Numbered from the whole stretch's first letter, positions 12,708-24,505 are shown. The stretch is 58,587 bases of DNA, filler included, from Sphacelaria rigidula (GCA_964200075.2; 9 parts of 9 records of this genome joined end to end with filler, not necessarily neighbours in it); one strand, 5' to 3'. Numbers and translations are program-made. Notes: generated from the letters alone by a model not told the origin.

Positions 12708-12943
12708 CTTCGTTGAGTTCAGGGTTTGTGATTCGGGGTGAGAGGGTAGATAAATGACAAGCTCGAGCAAGGTGATACTCCTACAGCTGAAATTGCAACA
12801 AGCCCCTTGAAGTTTGAAATTGAATAAATACGTATATACATAAAAATTTGGAGTGCTCATTTACTTGAATTATATGCAAGCTGGGCCAGCCCAGAAACGG
12901 ATTTAACCTGGCAGAGCAATATCTCATCACCGGGAACGAATTG

Positions 12944-13043
12944 NNNNNNNNNNNNNNNNNNNNNNNNNNNNNNNNNNNNNNNNNNNNTTAATTAATTAAN
13001 NNNNNNNNNNNNNNNNNNNNNNNNNNNNNNNNNNNNNNNNNNN
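12944..13043. other. Artificial contig linker
   Basis: Same 100-bp linker. Confidence 0.99.
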
Positions 13044-13772
13044 GGCCCCACACCCGCCGAAAAGACCCTCCCCACGCCGTACCGACAAGATCGGTCATGG
13101 CCTTCGTCGGAGGACGGGACTATATGTGTTCAACCCCACGATACCAATATATGTTGGGCGCGCAATACGTGTGCAGTCTACGGGTACCGATATATATTCC
13201 ACCGGCAACATATCGCAAAATTCCAATATGATCGACTTATATATATTGGAAACATATTGTATTGTCCAGGGTGTGGTATGTACTACTTTGTGGCAGTCAG
13301 CTGCAAAAAGGGTGAATGGCTGCCAGCTGCCCACGGGAAACTATTCGTCTGTGGCTCTCAGCTGTCCACGGGAAAACATGTATTTGTGGTTCTCTGTCCC
13401 TCTACTTACCACTCGCCCACCACCCCCCTCTTTCCACCGCATAACAAAGGAGCGAGGCGATCGTTTGCATACAAAAAAGATATAATGATCAAAATGTCAT
13501 AAAAGTAGAAAATGGACGCATTTTCCCGTAAAGCTAGTCGGCCAACCGCCAGTGGCTGAATGGTGGTGACAAGGTCAGACGATGGGTGCACTTGTGAGAC
13601 CTCGCAGGGGTCGAGGAACACCTGTGCCGTCGTGCCGCGTCGATGGGTTGCGGCCACAACCCGTGAGCCGGAGGGCGTCAAGACGGCAATCGCCAATATG
13701 AATCTTCTGTAGGGAAATCGGCTCCGCAAAGTCCCGCCAACCCCAAAGGCCATGCGATATTTCAAGTATGGC

Positions 13773-14418
13773 TTAAGCGTTGAAAAGTTCCAGACGCCAT
13801 GGATGCCGGAGCCCGTGCGGATAGGGAGAAGCTTGCATGAGAGGAAGCTGCAAAAGTTCTCGTCCGTGGCCGCGGAGAGTTGTCGAAAGAGTTTGATATA
13901 TCCATTGGCCGGAAAATATGGTGGCAGACAAGGCGACCCAGTATAAATGCTTTCTGATACCTATCTGGCCAGCGGTGCGATGCCGCCCATACTCTTCATT
14001 CACGGTACGTGACATATCTTGGCTGAACGGTACGACGGCAAAAAACGCGGGTCGATATGCACCTTTTGGTAACCCTCTGGTCACTGATGCTGTGTTGCGA
14101 GATTCAGAATATCGTGAATGGCGAGGGGAAGGACGCGCATGTCGCATGTCTTCGGTACTTTGCGGGCAACGAACTGGAGGTCAACGCAGATCTGAAGGAG
14201 GTGTTCCAGCATGCATATGCTCAAGGAGAGTTCGAGATGGAGGCCATTGCGGGGATATGTGGGCTACGATGTACGTTTGACGAGGACGAAAGTTCATGGG
14301 AGCCGATGGATTGTATTTCGAGAGGAGCACCGCAGTTTGTACGTTCTGATCTGCGGAAATAAAAATTGAATGAGCAGGTACGGGAGCGTCTGAAGGCCAA
14401 GTATGGTATCAAGCTATG
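13773..14418 (+). mobile_element. Ty3/Gypsy integrase C-terminus with chromodomain-like end, degenerate
   Basis: EIQNIVNGEGKDAHVACLRYFAG..EVFQHAYAQGEFEM..FDEDESSWEPMDCI..APQFVRSDLRK; SWEP chromodomain motif; stops and frameshifts. Confidence 0.75.
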
Positions 14419-14544
14419 ACTGGTTGTCTGGGTGCTCCGTGGATAGATTGTGTCATGCAATTGGTGTTCGTCGACTTGTAAAGAAAGTACAGTAGCACCT
14501 CTAGCATGAGGAGTACGGTAGCATATTTATATCAGTTTGGATCG

Positions 14545-14878
14545 TGTGACAACGGTTCGGAGGATGATTCATAAATGCGTAACATATTGTGTTCGTGAGG
14601 GGAGCAGAAAAGGGTCACTTCTGGTTAACGAAGACTGCTGCTTGTATAACTGCTGGAATCTTTGAACTCTCTGGAGCCCGTGGCAGAGAGAAAGCCTCTG
14701 GAGCAGCACTGTGACAGCGTCCTGATTCCAGGCAGGTTTACAATAAACTTTTATTCAGGAAACTTGTCGTTTCTGGATTAGGTTTTTGACGTCGCCTCGA
14801 CCGTTTGTAGAACCTGAGGACGCTCACGTTGAATAAGACGGGGGGGAGAAAGCGGTGGAGAGATAGGCGCAGGCCACA
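14545..14878 (+). mobile_element. Putative LTR between two Gypsy internal regions
   Basis: TGTGAC...GCCACA ends, TATAA at 14645, AATAAA at 14742, between a pol end and a gag start; no second LTR in the window to confirm. Confidence 0.4.
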
Positions 14879-15232
14879 TAAATCGGAGACTCTAGCCACT
14901 TTTGTTACCTAAGGTTAGGGACATTGTGTAGGTGGAGTTGCGGGTCTGATTACCGGACTCTGTGATGGGTGACCTCCATGACGTGTAGGATTAGTATTGC
15001 TACTCTGGTGGAGAGAGGCTATGGTCCTGTTCTCCTGTACCATGCTGAGGGGGTGAAAACATGAATAACTAAAGCTGCTGAAGTCCATGTGCCCGTGATG
15101 GAAGGAGTCTACATGGCGATCTGATCTTGAGTGAAAGAAGTCTACAAAATCCAAGATGACTGCGGTGACAGGAGGCTGTGGGAAGGATGACAGCGCAAAG
15201 GGAAGGGGGGCACCGGCGAGACGGTTGATGAG

Positions 15233-15712
15233 GTGAGGTTTGCAGTAACCGAAGTGACATTGGGTGGATCGTTGAAAGTGCCCGAATATGGGCGAGTATT
15301 CAGTGAGCAAGCTTTCAGACGCTTTCATCAAAGGTATCGAGAATATGAGGAGGCAGTGGAAAAAAGTAACAGAGGCCGGTCGGTCAAGTGCGCACTCTTG
15401 ACCATGCGAGAGTCGGCGCCAAAGCACATTCAGAACTGCATGTCTGACACCATCTTTGACGGGTTGCCACTCGACGAAGACGAAATGCAGCAAGGGATTG
15501 ATCGCACGCCACGCGAAATGCTGGACCGATATGGAAATTGATCCTTCCGAAGCTGCAGCAGGGGTGAAAAAGGCCCTTGCCGCACGGTCTGAACCAACTG
15601 CAATGGGTCGAGTAGAAGGGAAATGGAGTTCATTACAGGAGTACTTTGCGGAAAATGCAGGTGCGGAGTGCGTTTTCCTTGAATCTGACCGTACGTTCAA
15701 GGCTGGTCCAGC
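15233..15712 (+). mobile_element. Gypsy gag fragment 1, frameshifted
   Basis: Paralogous to 16190-16600 (RHAKCW.D.EIDPS.AAAG..KALAA....TAMGRVEG.W..L.EYFAE). Confidence 0.7.
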
Positions 15713-16189
15713 ACATATGCCCTCTCGATCAACCTGTTTACCAGGCACAGACTTTTTTTTATGAACTTGGAAGGTGACAAGTAGGTACGTTGTTGTGTGT
15801 ACCATTGTTTTAGCGCCGGGTATTTTCACGTGTTTAAGTGATGCATTTATGCGCATTTTGGGTTAAGCCACCCACGCTTCTTTGAGGGGCATGGATTTTG
15901 TAGGGCGTTTCCTGACATGACGTGTATCTACCTTGACCGGCGTCCATGGATTATTTAGATGGGGCACAAGCTGTTGACGGGAGGGGTTTCTTGCTCGGAT
16001 CGCCGGGTTTACCCTTCATAACTTTTTTCTCCTGTTCGAGAGAGATAGCCACGACGACTGATGTACCGGTTCAGAGGGGGTGTTCATGTGAACGGGTGCA
16101 CTGAGTGAACACGCACATGTGCGGATACATTTATGCTGACGTGCGGGTATTGGTAGTCGAGTGTGTGTGACTACAGTACCACGCTCAGG

Positions 16190-19100
16190 CGAAAATGCGT
16201 CCCGACGTTTTTATCAGAAATACGTCGAGTATGAATAGGCGGTGAAAATGAACAACAAAGGACGTAGTATGCAGACCGTCTTACTGACTGTTACTGAACT
16301 GGTGCCGAAGCACATCCGTGCGCGTTTGTCACGCACGATTTCTGACGGATCCGTGCTTGACGATGATAATCTCAAGGAGGCACTAGGCCGACACGCGAAA
16401 TGTTGGGAGGATGAAGAGATTGATCCTTCAGTTGCTGCTGCTGGTATGCGGAAAGCGTTGGCGGCCCACAACGAGCAAACTGCAATGGGAAGAGTAGAAG
16501 GCCAATGGGGTGCCTTGGAGGAATATTTTGCGGAGATGCGCTGAGCGTGCGTTCCGCGATGATCCAGATTTCAAACCAGGACCCGCTCAAATCATAACTC
16601 GGGAAATATTGAATGGACTGACTCCGCTCCCAATTCAAAACTAAAGCCCTCAACATGTTGAACATGAAGGGGGGGTGGAAGGAGGACCCTGGGATAACAC
16701 GGCTCGGGAAGCAGCGGAGGCATGGAAGACGGTGGAAGCGGCGGATAAGCAGCGCCGTCCGCAGCCGCAGCTGAAACAAAAGAGCGGCAGCGAGACCTCC
16801 GGATCCAAGAGCGAACCGAATGGTGGAAATACGGCGACCGCTGGCAGTGAGACTGCCAGTTCCACGAAATCTCGGAAACCGGGCCCAAGCTACGCAGGTT
16901 GTTTCTCATGTGGAGACAAGGGCCACTTCGTGAAGGATTGTAAGCAGCAACGCCAAGCTGCTGCTCCACAACATACTACAGGTGGGCAGTCGAAGGCCGG
17001 CGACAAGCAGCAGCAACGACAGCAGCTGTCGCAGGGCCCTGGACAGAGGTGCCTCGCGGAGGGGGCACAAGTCCCGCTCCTACAAGGGCTGTCTTTTCAG
17101 CCGATGGACAAAGTGCTCCCAGCGGGGGAGGGACGTTGCCACCAAAACCGGTCGCGTCTACTGGTGGCGTGCAGCAGAACATGTCATCGCACTCTTTCCC
17201 GGGTTCGAACTTCGCTGCGATGCCAGCATGGTGATCGCTCAAAGCGGGTGAGGTGTCAAGTTTTCAATCTGAGGGTCTGCAAGTAGATTGCAAAATAAGG
17301 TGGTGTCTTGCCGACTTGTCTATCCCGAGTGCAGGGGCAAAGGGTGTTTGTCCGGTCACGGCTATTTGATATTCAGGATCTGGACTTACGACCATGTCAG
17401 CTGGTGTGGCGGCGAAATTGCAAGCCATGGTTCTAGATGTCCAAGTGGTGGTGAGACCGATGGCTGGTGAACAGTTGGTGAAATTGGCAAATGGCAGTGT
17501 TGAGCGCGTGAAGCAGAAAACTTGCCCTGTCCGAACCGCTTTACACATCAGCTGAGGACCGGTTGTGCTGGACCCATGTTCATATGCGGTCATGTCGGGT
17601 ACAGATGATCATCATAGGGAGCCCTACGCTGGAGGCGCTGGGCATTGACGTGTACAGTATAGCTTAGGTGCCTGTGCACGTGCAAGAAGCACTTCGGCGC
17701 GAGGTGTAAACACGCCTGATTTTGCGGCCTGTCGGCGTGTCAGTACCGCGGTTGACGCTTTACAGCAACCAGAAGGTCGGGCGGAGCCCGTTTATTCCTC
17801 AGTCGAGCGGTTGTTGTCGAGAAGTCCGGGGATGAGCACATCCCCGGAACAAGAGCTTCCTGAGCTTGATGTTGCGCCGGAGGAGGCCGTACAAGCCGCC
17901 GCGGGTGACAGCACGTCGGATAGCGACGTGAGCCAAATTCGTGAGCCTGCACGGAACAGAGCGAGCATTTTCAGGCGAGTGCTGCAGGGTTGTCCGCCTG
18001 ATCGCGTCGAGTCCTTGAAGGTGAAGTTCAAACCTGCTGCTGTGGAGGCAAAGGCTCGGCCGAGGGCGTAATTTCCGGTCAGGATGGCGTAGTTGGCACG
18101 CTGCATCGCAACATCGGTGGCGCTCGGGCTCGTGTACTGCAGTTTGCACGTAGAGTGGGTGAAAGCGGCGATTGCAACGGCCGAGAAGTCCTGTTTTCGC
18201 TGGATGAGTGAAAACAAGGCGGAGGAGGAAGTTTCCCGTCACCACAAGGAGGTGGTGGTCCATGGTGCTCGCCCAGGGAAGGTTTTTCATTTCAATTTTC
18301 TCAGTGTTGGCGAGGGTGGTCCGCTGGGAGATGATGGCTTGAACAAAGGAGATCGGTTCAAGTACATATTGGTAAGGATGGATGACCCGGGCGACTTCGT
18401 GCGGTTGGAGCCCGCGGAGTCTTGCACGGCGGCAACGACGGTGAAGCATCTGTTGACATGGTGCAAAGCGCTGGGCCGGCAGGAGGGATGGGTCAGCGAT
18501 ACAGTATCGCAATATGAGAATCGTGTGGTGAGAGTGGTCAAGAAGGTGCTGATGGATCGCAGATTCGTGGTGGCCAACTTGCGGTTGTCACATCGTGAAT
18601 GTGAGCGAATGGTGCGTGACATTGTTCGTGCCTTGAAGGTCACAGTTCAGAGAGGAAGACTCGATGCCAACACCTGGGTGAGTTTGATACCTGCCGTGCA
18701 GTGGGCATTGCACACTGGTTTTCGGGACAGCAGTGAGAGCTGTAGCTGCATCTATGATGCGAGGAGCGACTGTTTGAGTGGAAATGCTACTCTACGGTGT
18801 GGAGGAGATTGTAGCCGGAGAGCTGCTGTTTCTCGGGAGGAGCGCAGGAGAATTACGAGGCAGGCATTGCCTGAGGTGCTTGATGTTGTGGTGAGCGCCG
18901 GGTTGGGTGATGTTAAGGAGCAAGTACTAGTGAAATTGCTTGTTGAGAATGAGGAAGCACATTGTGACTTGTATACCTGAATCGTTTTATGGACGATTGT
19001 AGGTGGTGGTGATGTGGTTTCTGGACTTGTCTGTTGTGTTGCGCTGGTTGGCACGCATGATACATGGTGGTTTCTGCAAAGAAGCTGCTGAGTGAAATAT

Positions 19101-19330
19101 GAGCATGCAGGTGTGACTGATGTGTATGGTGTCTGATGAAGAGTCAGAGTGAGGCAGTTTTGAATACACTGCTGTGTGCTGAACGAAAGAAAGTTCGTAT
19201 ATTATTGTTCGCGCGAAAAGTGGAATCATCTCTGTGCAGTTTGCAGAAACTGACTGTAGGAGATGGTGATTGCTGCTTCTGGCGTGAAAATGAGCGGAAA
19301 CTACGAAATGCGTAAGCTTGTATGTGAACG
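16190..19330 (+). mobile_element. Degenerate Ty3/Gypsy element: gag, Zn-knuckle, protease remnant, RT start fused to integrase core, 3' region
   Basis: CFSCGDKGHFVKDC knuckle at about 16899-16940; decayed protease at about 17300-17650; KARPRA..LGLVY RT N-terminus; integrase HGARPGKVFHFNFL..YILVRMDD..WVSDT..ECERMVRDI..PAVQWAL. Confidence 0.88.
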
Positions 19331-19464
19331 AGTACGACGTGTGTATTTCCAGAGGTTGACGATGAAAGAAATCGTGCGCGAATACAGTGATCTTTTACTG
19401 CGGTACATCTTGGATGGCTTGTCATGTGTTTGGATAAGCGCATAGATGGTGTTTCGCATCTGAA

Positions 19465-19564
19465 NNNNNNNNNNNNNNNNNNNNNNNNNNNNNNNNNNNN
19501 NNNNNNNNTTAATTAATTAANNNNNNNNNNNNNNNNNNNNNNNNNNNNNNNNNNNNNNNNNNNN
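19465..19564. other. Artificial contig linker
   Basis: Same 100-bp linker. Confidence 0.99.
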
Positions 19565-19577
19565 CAGAAGAAAATTG

Positions 19578-19651
19578 ACCGCTGGTCCAAGGGGTATCCA
19601 CGCAACTTCTGCGCCATTCCACGTGTCTGGGCTGCGTGTACCTGGGTTACA
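19578..19651. repeat. Dispersed repeat shared with 58514-58587
   Basis: ACCGCTGGTCCAAGGGGTATCCACGCAAC..TGCGCCATTCCACGTGTCTGG.CTGCGTGTAC.TGGGTT in both places. Confidence 0.9.
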
Positions 19652-20830
19652 ACGCTGAAAACAAAATCTAGAGATTGATTCGTACAGTTCAAATCAATTA
19701 GACTAAAATCAAGTAGTTTCCAGACGTATCATTGATTTGTCCGACCCTTGAACTCTTTGAGCTCATCGAGACGGGAGGCAAGTCAAAAGCAGCGGTCATT
19801 CTCGGAAATGCCGAGACACCAAGACTTGCTTACGCACACCCTGCACAGCAGTACATAGCACTCGCTTCCAAAGTAGTATTCTCTTCAACGGAATCAGTTT
19901 GTGTAGTCTAGGAGGGAAGCATGGGTTAAGGTACTCATGATATTGCATCCAATAGTTAAAAGAGGAGGGGGCGGGAAAGTCGGGTCGTGCTTTGTCTAGA
20001 TTAAAGGAGCGTTCGCAACGTCGCTCGCTGCATCTCTCCGCCATTAGGCAGGGCATCGAATCATGAGACATTTGAGCGCTCCTACCCCCACTCACTGTTA
20101 TCAGTGATCCTGTTCACCATCGCAGCTGCGCTCGCTCTTTCCAAGTGTAGGGACCTTATTCCTTTTCCCTTAACTCCGAGGTGGCCGATAGTCGTCGCTC
20201 CTCAGCTTGCATGATTCCCGCGTCGCTTGCTCACCCGCGTGACAGAGGTGGCGTCTTGTGGTATTAATATTACAGATGCTCTTCAGATTCATGCCTTCGG
20301 TTCTTCTCGTGCATGTCGAGTTCTCGGCACTCGTCGGTTGGCTCGTCAACGAACGGCATGCATGACGCTTGGTTTGGGTGAATTTTTTCACTCTTATTTG
20401 CCTTCCTTGCTCCTTCCAGATCACAGATGCCCGCTTCGTGTCCGCCATGCATGATTTGATGATGTAGAAAACAGCTAGTACAGGGTGGAGAACGGTACAG
20501 ACAGTACCCCGTACATCGAACCACTCAACACTTCCTCCAGCTTCCTCGTGCTGTTGCTGGGCGTCCGTTGGAGATTCAGAATTTTAGGGGCTACTCTCTC
20601 ACCGCTTTCCTAACGACCGGGACGTGACGCGTTTTTGCTCAAATCGGCACCGCTTCGTTCGGGCTCTACCAACAAACTCCATCCGTAAGATGATTCCGCA
20701 CTCATTTCCCCCGAGGATTGTGGTGAACCTGGGGTTAGGACGAGAGTAAGGGTTTTTGGAACTGGTTTCGACAAAAAACAGCGCGTGTCTACCACCGAGC
20801 TGCCACCAAATAAATATTTAAGAATTGATA

Positions 20831-20900
20831 AGTTGCGTCTTGGGAGATTGGTTCACTTCAGGAGTGCATAGAGTGAACCAATCTTCCAAGAGCAAGCTTT
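20831..20900. other. Isolated hairpin, 20-bp stem and 14-nt loop
   Basis: TCTTGGGAGATTGGTTCACT (20838-20857) pairs with AGTGAACCAATCTTCCAAGA (20872-20891), one G-U; imperfect extension outward. Confidence 0.8.
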
Positions 20901-21702
20901 CAGAATACTTGTTTAGAGAACTGGTTCTAAGGTAGTACACAGTATCTCTGTGAAGACGATGCTGCACAAGCCCAGCGGGAGGGTGAGTGAGGTTGATGTT
21001 AGGTAGCCTCGTCGGCGCGTCGGCTCGAGACGGCGATCGAAACGCAAGTTTTTTTGTTAGGCCAGGTGAGGGTTATTGCGGCGGATGCCTTAACATGGAT
21101 GGTTCGATGGATGAACCCGACAGTGGTGTTGGAAACTAGAATCCTATATTGGTACACCATCACTATCCACCACCCTTGGCTCTGTCTGTTCATGTATGTG
21201 GAGTATCGTTTCTCGTTGCTCTGGCTCAAGTATGGCCGGCTGTCTGTATCTGCTCTACAGTTAGTACTTGTAGTACAATCCGGTCAGACTCTAGAATACA
21301 GTTTGACTGGGCTGCACACGTATTGCAGACAGCTCGCAGACTGTCGGCATTTGGAGACGACCTTTACACATTTCCGCCTCCACACTATTATAGAGTGCGG
21401 CAAGACTCTACTGCCACTGTTGTCTGTTGTACTGACTGTTGTTGTACGGTACAACCAGTCCGTCAGCACGCTGACCCTGCGCAGTCGGAGACGACCTTGA
21501 CCCATCCCAAGTCTCTGCATCAGCTCTTCGAACCCCCACATCATCAAAATGCTGTGCTATTGCTGACTACTGTAGTGTACTGCAGTCATGGTGCCTTATT
21601 CGGACTACTCGAGGAGGACCGTCAGATGACATGCGACGAGGCGAACTAAAGTTGTGGTCGTATATTTACGGTTGATTTTTTCAAACAGACTAAAAATGAC
21701 AC

Positions 21703-23605
21703 TACAGGCTGGCTCACGGCTATCACCCAAAATTGTGTTATCAGCAAATGCCTTTCGCAATACGCACCCAATAGTCGCATACATGATATCATACTGATCG
21801 CCATGGACAGCTGAAGAGCGTGACATAGCCGGATTTGAGTGTAAGGCCACAGTGGTAGCGCTAAGGGCGAAAAGGTATATCGACCAATCAGCGCCCGTCA
21901 AATTGTTCCGAAGTCGAAATTAGGAATTCCAAGCCCAATTTTCACCCAATCTCCTCATGCTTCGATTCATCGTAACCGTCATCGGCTCGGGAATCCATTG
22001 AAAAAAACATATTTGAAAACGATTACTACGGGGTCGAATTATACCCGAAACCGTGATGTTTCGGTGATTTCGGGTGTTGGCCTCGTCTAATTTCCGCTGA
22101 TGATACGCACGAAAGACCCAGGGAGACTCGTGACGGTGTCCGTTATATATGTTGTAGAAAAGCTTAGATCGCTCTCAAACTTGGTAGTTCCGCAGGTATT
22201 GATGCTCCAAATGGAAAAATTGTGTTCTTGGCAATATATCATGGTTTCTCGGTTCTCTACCGACTTCCTAGGGTCCCAGGATGGAGACCCCCGGAAGGCG
22301 GTACAAAATGCACTTAAAGAAGAACAATACAATGATGCTTCCTGGGATTGTCCAAGGAACACATGCACAAAGTTTGATGCAGAAAATCGGAAACCTCATT
22401 CAGTTCTTCTTGCCTTGACGTAAAGTTCACGTCAAAAGACGTTTCTATACTAAAACCAAGTAGTTAGGAGTTGCACGTTTCAAGCCCACGTCCTCCACAA
22501 ACGCGCGAACCTTCACGCCGTTATTGGGAGTTAGATCCTGAAACTTTGCAAAAATGTGCTATGTATCATTACGCAACTTTTTATGGATCATGTTATCTTG
22601 ATTCTTGAGTTTTTCACCGCTTTTCGCGGGTCCGACGGGGGTTCAAGTCGTTTTTCGAAGTAGTCTCCATTCTGGGACCCGGGAAAACCGGCACTACGAT
22701 ATTTTCTTTCATTTTGATTGTGAGCGAGCTGTCCCCGCATAACCCGAGGAAGGGTCCCACAAATCTTTGTCGCAAAAATCGATCAACTGATGCTTGAATT
22801 TGCCTGGTCACGTCAACCGTTCGCCCCGGTGGCTCAGTTGGTAACCTTGTAACCTTCTGATGGTTGAGTAGGGGGGGTTGATTTCCGGAGCGATCTAGAA
22901 TATTTTTTCACACCATGCCCAACAGTGGAGAGCGACTATGTCGTGGGTACACAAAATTCGACTTGACGGTCGACGAGGGAAAGGGACTGCTGAACCCCTC
23001 TCGCGATAAAAAAATATATAAAGGCAAGCACCGCGGAAGGAAAGTGGGGTATTAAAAACAAAGAAAAAAGAAAAAACTCATGTGTTGACCTTCCTCTTGT
23101 GTGACCCCGGCTGATGCACCCACATATACCGAAAGGTGTATGTAGACTGGTGCCCAGAATAAATGGGACGACAACACACACAACACACATCAAAGAAGGC
23201 CTGAAAACGCCGTTTTCGTACTAGAATCAATTGGTTTGCGGCTTCATCGCGGCACGTCAAAGTTCATCACACAAGAGCGAAAAACCTCACGCCGTTTGAA
23301 GGAGCTAGACCCTGAAATTTTGCACAGCTGTGCTATGGGTCATTACGCAACTTCGGATGAACGAGGTTTTTCGAATTTTTTCTTCTTTACCGTTTAACGG
23401 GGATCCGGTTGGATCGATGTTTCCTGGAAAAACTAGGACCCCCGAAAAACGGTGAAAAAATCAAAGAGTCGAAAAACCTTGACCTTCGAAAGTTGCATAA
23501 TGACCCATAGAACATCTGTGCAAAATTTCAGGGTCTAACTCCTTCAAACGGCGTGAGGTTTTGCCGATGAGTGTTTTTTGGGTGATTTGCCTGAACCAGC
23601 CTGTA
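21703..23605. mobile_element. Non-autonomous Tc1/mariner-like element with TIRs and TA flanks
   Basis: TA|CAGGCTGGCTCACGGCTATCACCCAAAA ... TTTTGGGTGATTTGCCTGAACCAGCCTG|TA; internal foldback 23281-23563 and a related arm at about 22510-22580; no transposase ORF. Confidence 0.7.
22817..23190 (+). mobile_element. tRNA-derived SINE, apparently full length
   Basis: A-box TGGCTCAGTTGG 22830-22841, degenerate B-box GGTTGATTTCC 22876-22886, ACAAC/ACAC tail, possible 8-bp TSD CACGTCAA/CACATCAA; two 3' fragments elsewhere. Confidence 0.8.
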
Positions 23606-23606
23606 A

Positions 23607-24076
23607 GGTCAACTCTAATGGGAGCCGTTCAAAATTCATGTTGAAGGCTGCCTTTTGGGCCCTTCTCCGGCGATTTACGCCCGGAAAGAGGGCTAGAGGG
23701 ATGTTGACGCCTTGGAATGACTTGCTCTACTCGTTGAGACCGTTTTAGGACAACTCTATATTTCCCGCTGACCGCTTTTGTTATTGGCCAAATCAGGCCA
23801 AACACGGATTTTCAGTAAAAAACGGTCAGGTGATCAAAATTTATTTCTGTTTTTTTATCGCTTGGCCGTTTTTTGTTGAAAATCTGTGTGTAGCCAAAAA
23901 TGAAAGTGCGGCAAGCGGGAAAGGCAAAGCTGCCCTGGAACGCCCACAATGTGTAGAGCAAGTCATTCCAAGGCATCAACATCCGCCCAACCCTCTTTTC
24001 AGGCGTATAACGATGGAGAAGGGCCATAAAGGCAGTTTTGAACAGGAATTTTGAACGGCTCCCATTAGAGTCGGTC
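23607..24076. mobile_element. Foldback MITE P1, PIF/Harbinger-like
   Basis: ACTCTAATGGGAGCCGTTCAAAATTC ... GAATTTTGAACGGCTCCCATTAGAGT, almost wholly palindromic, TAA/TCA flanks; second copy 47735-48211. Confidence 0.85.
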
Positions 24077-24091
24077 TCAGGATGTATCTTA

Positions 24092-24262
24092 GGCCGTGTC
24101 TTAAGCCGTGTCTTTGCACATCGTTTTTCGATCGAAAAAGTGCGGTGGAAAACAAAAATCCCGATCTGATGGGTCGTGATTGCAACCATCGTCGTTAATG
24201 TTGAAGATAGTTATTTTCCACCGCACTTTCTCGATCGAAAAATGATGTGGTAAGACGCGGCC
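24092..24262. mobile_element. Short foldback MITE P2, PIF/Harbinger-like
   Basis: TTA|GGCCGTGTCTT..TTTTTCGATCGA..GTGCGGTGGAAAA ... TTTTCCACCGCAC..TCGATCGAAAAA..AAGACGCGGCC|TTA; second copy about 47540-47734. Confidence 0.8.
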
Positions 24263-24265
24263 TTA

Positions 24266-24505
24266 GGCCGCTCCTTATAACAGACAAGAAAACAAAATCT
24301 GGAAAAGTGCCTTTTTGGAGCTTTCACATCGTTTTACGCCCCAAAAGAGAGCTAGGCGTAGTTTGACACCTTGGCATATCTTGCTCTACTAGTTCAGGCG
24401 GTTCCAGGACATCTTCCCGTTTTCCGGCAGTCGCAGTTTTTATTTTGGCCAAGCAATTTGTTTTGTCCAAGAACGGTAAAAAACAGTCAAGTCCAGGAAA
24501 AAGTG
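24266..24505. mobile_element. Foldback MITE P3, left arm only
   Basis: TTA|GGCCGCTCCTTATAA... is the reverse complement of the arm ending at 48815. Confidence 0.8.

Noticed and set aside
12708..12860. N-terminal part of the 194-aa SUN ORF
   Set aside because: Intron read-through upstream of the acceptor
14915..15856. 313-aa minus-strand ORF
   Set aside because: Antisense to a gag remnant, no motifs
22821..22895. Functional tRNA gene
   Set aside because: B-box degenerate, no clear cloverleaf, continues into a SINE body
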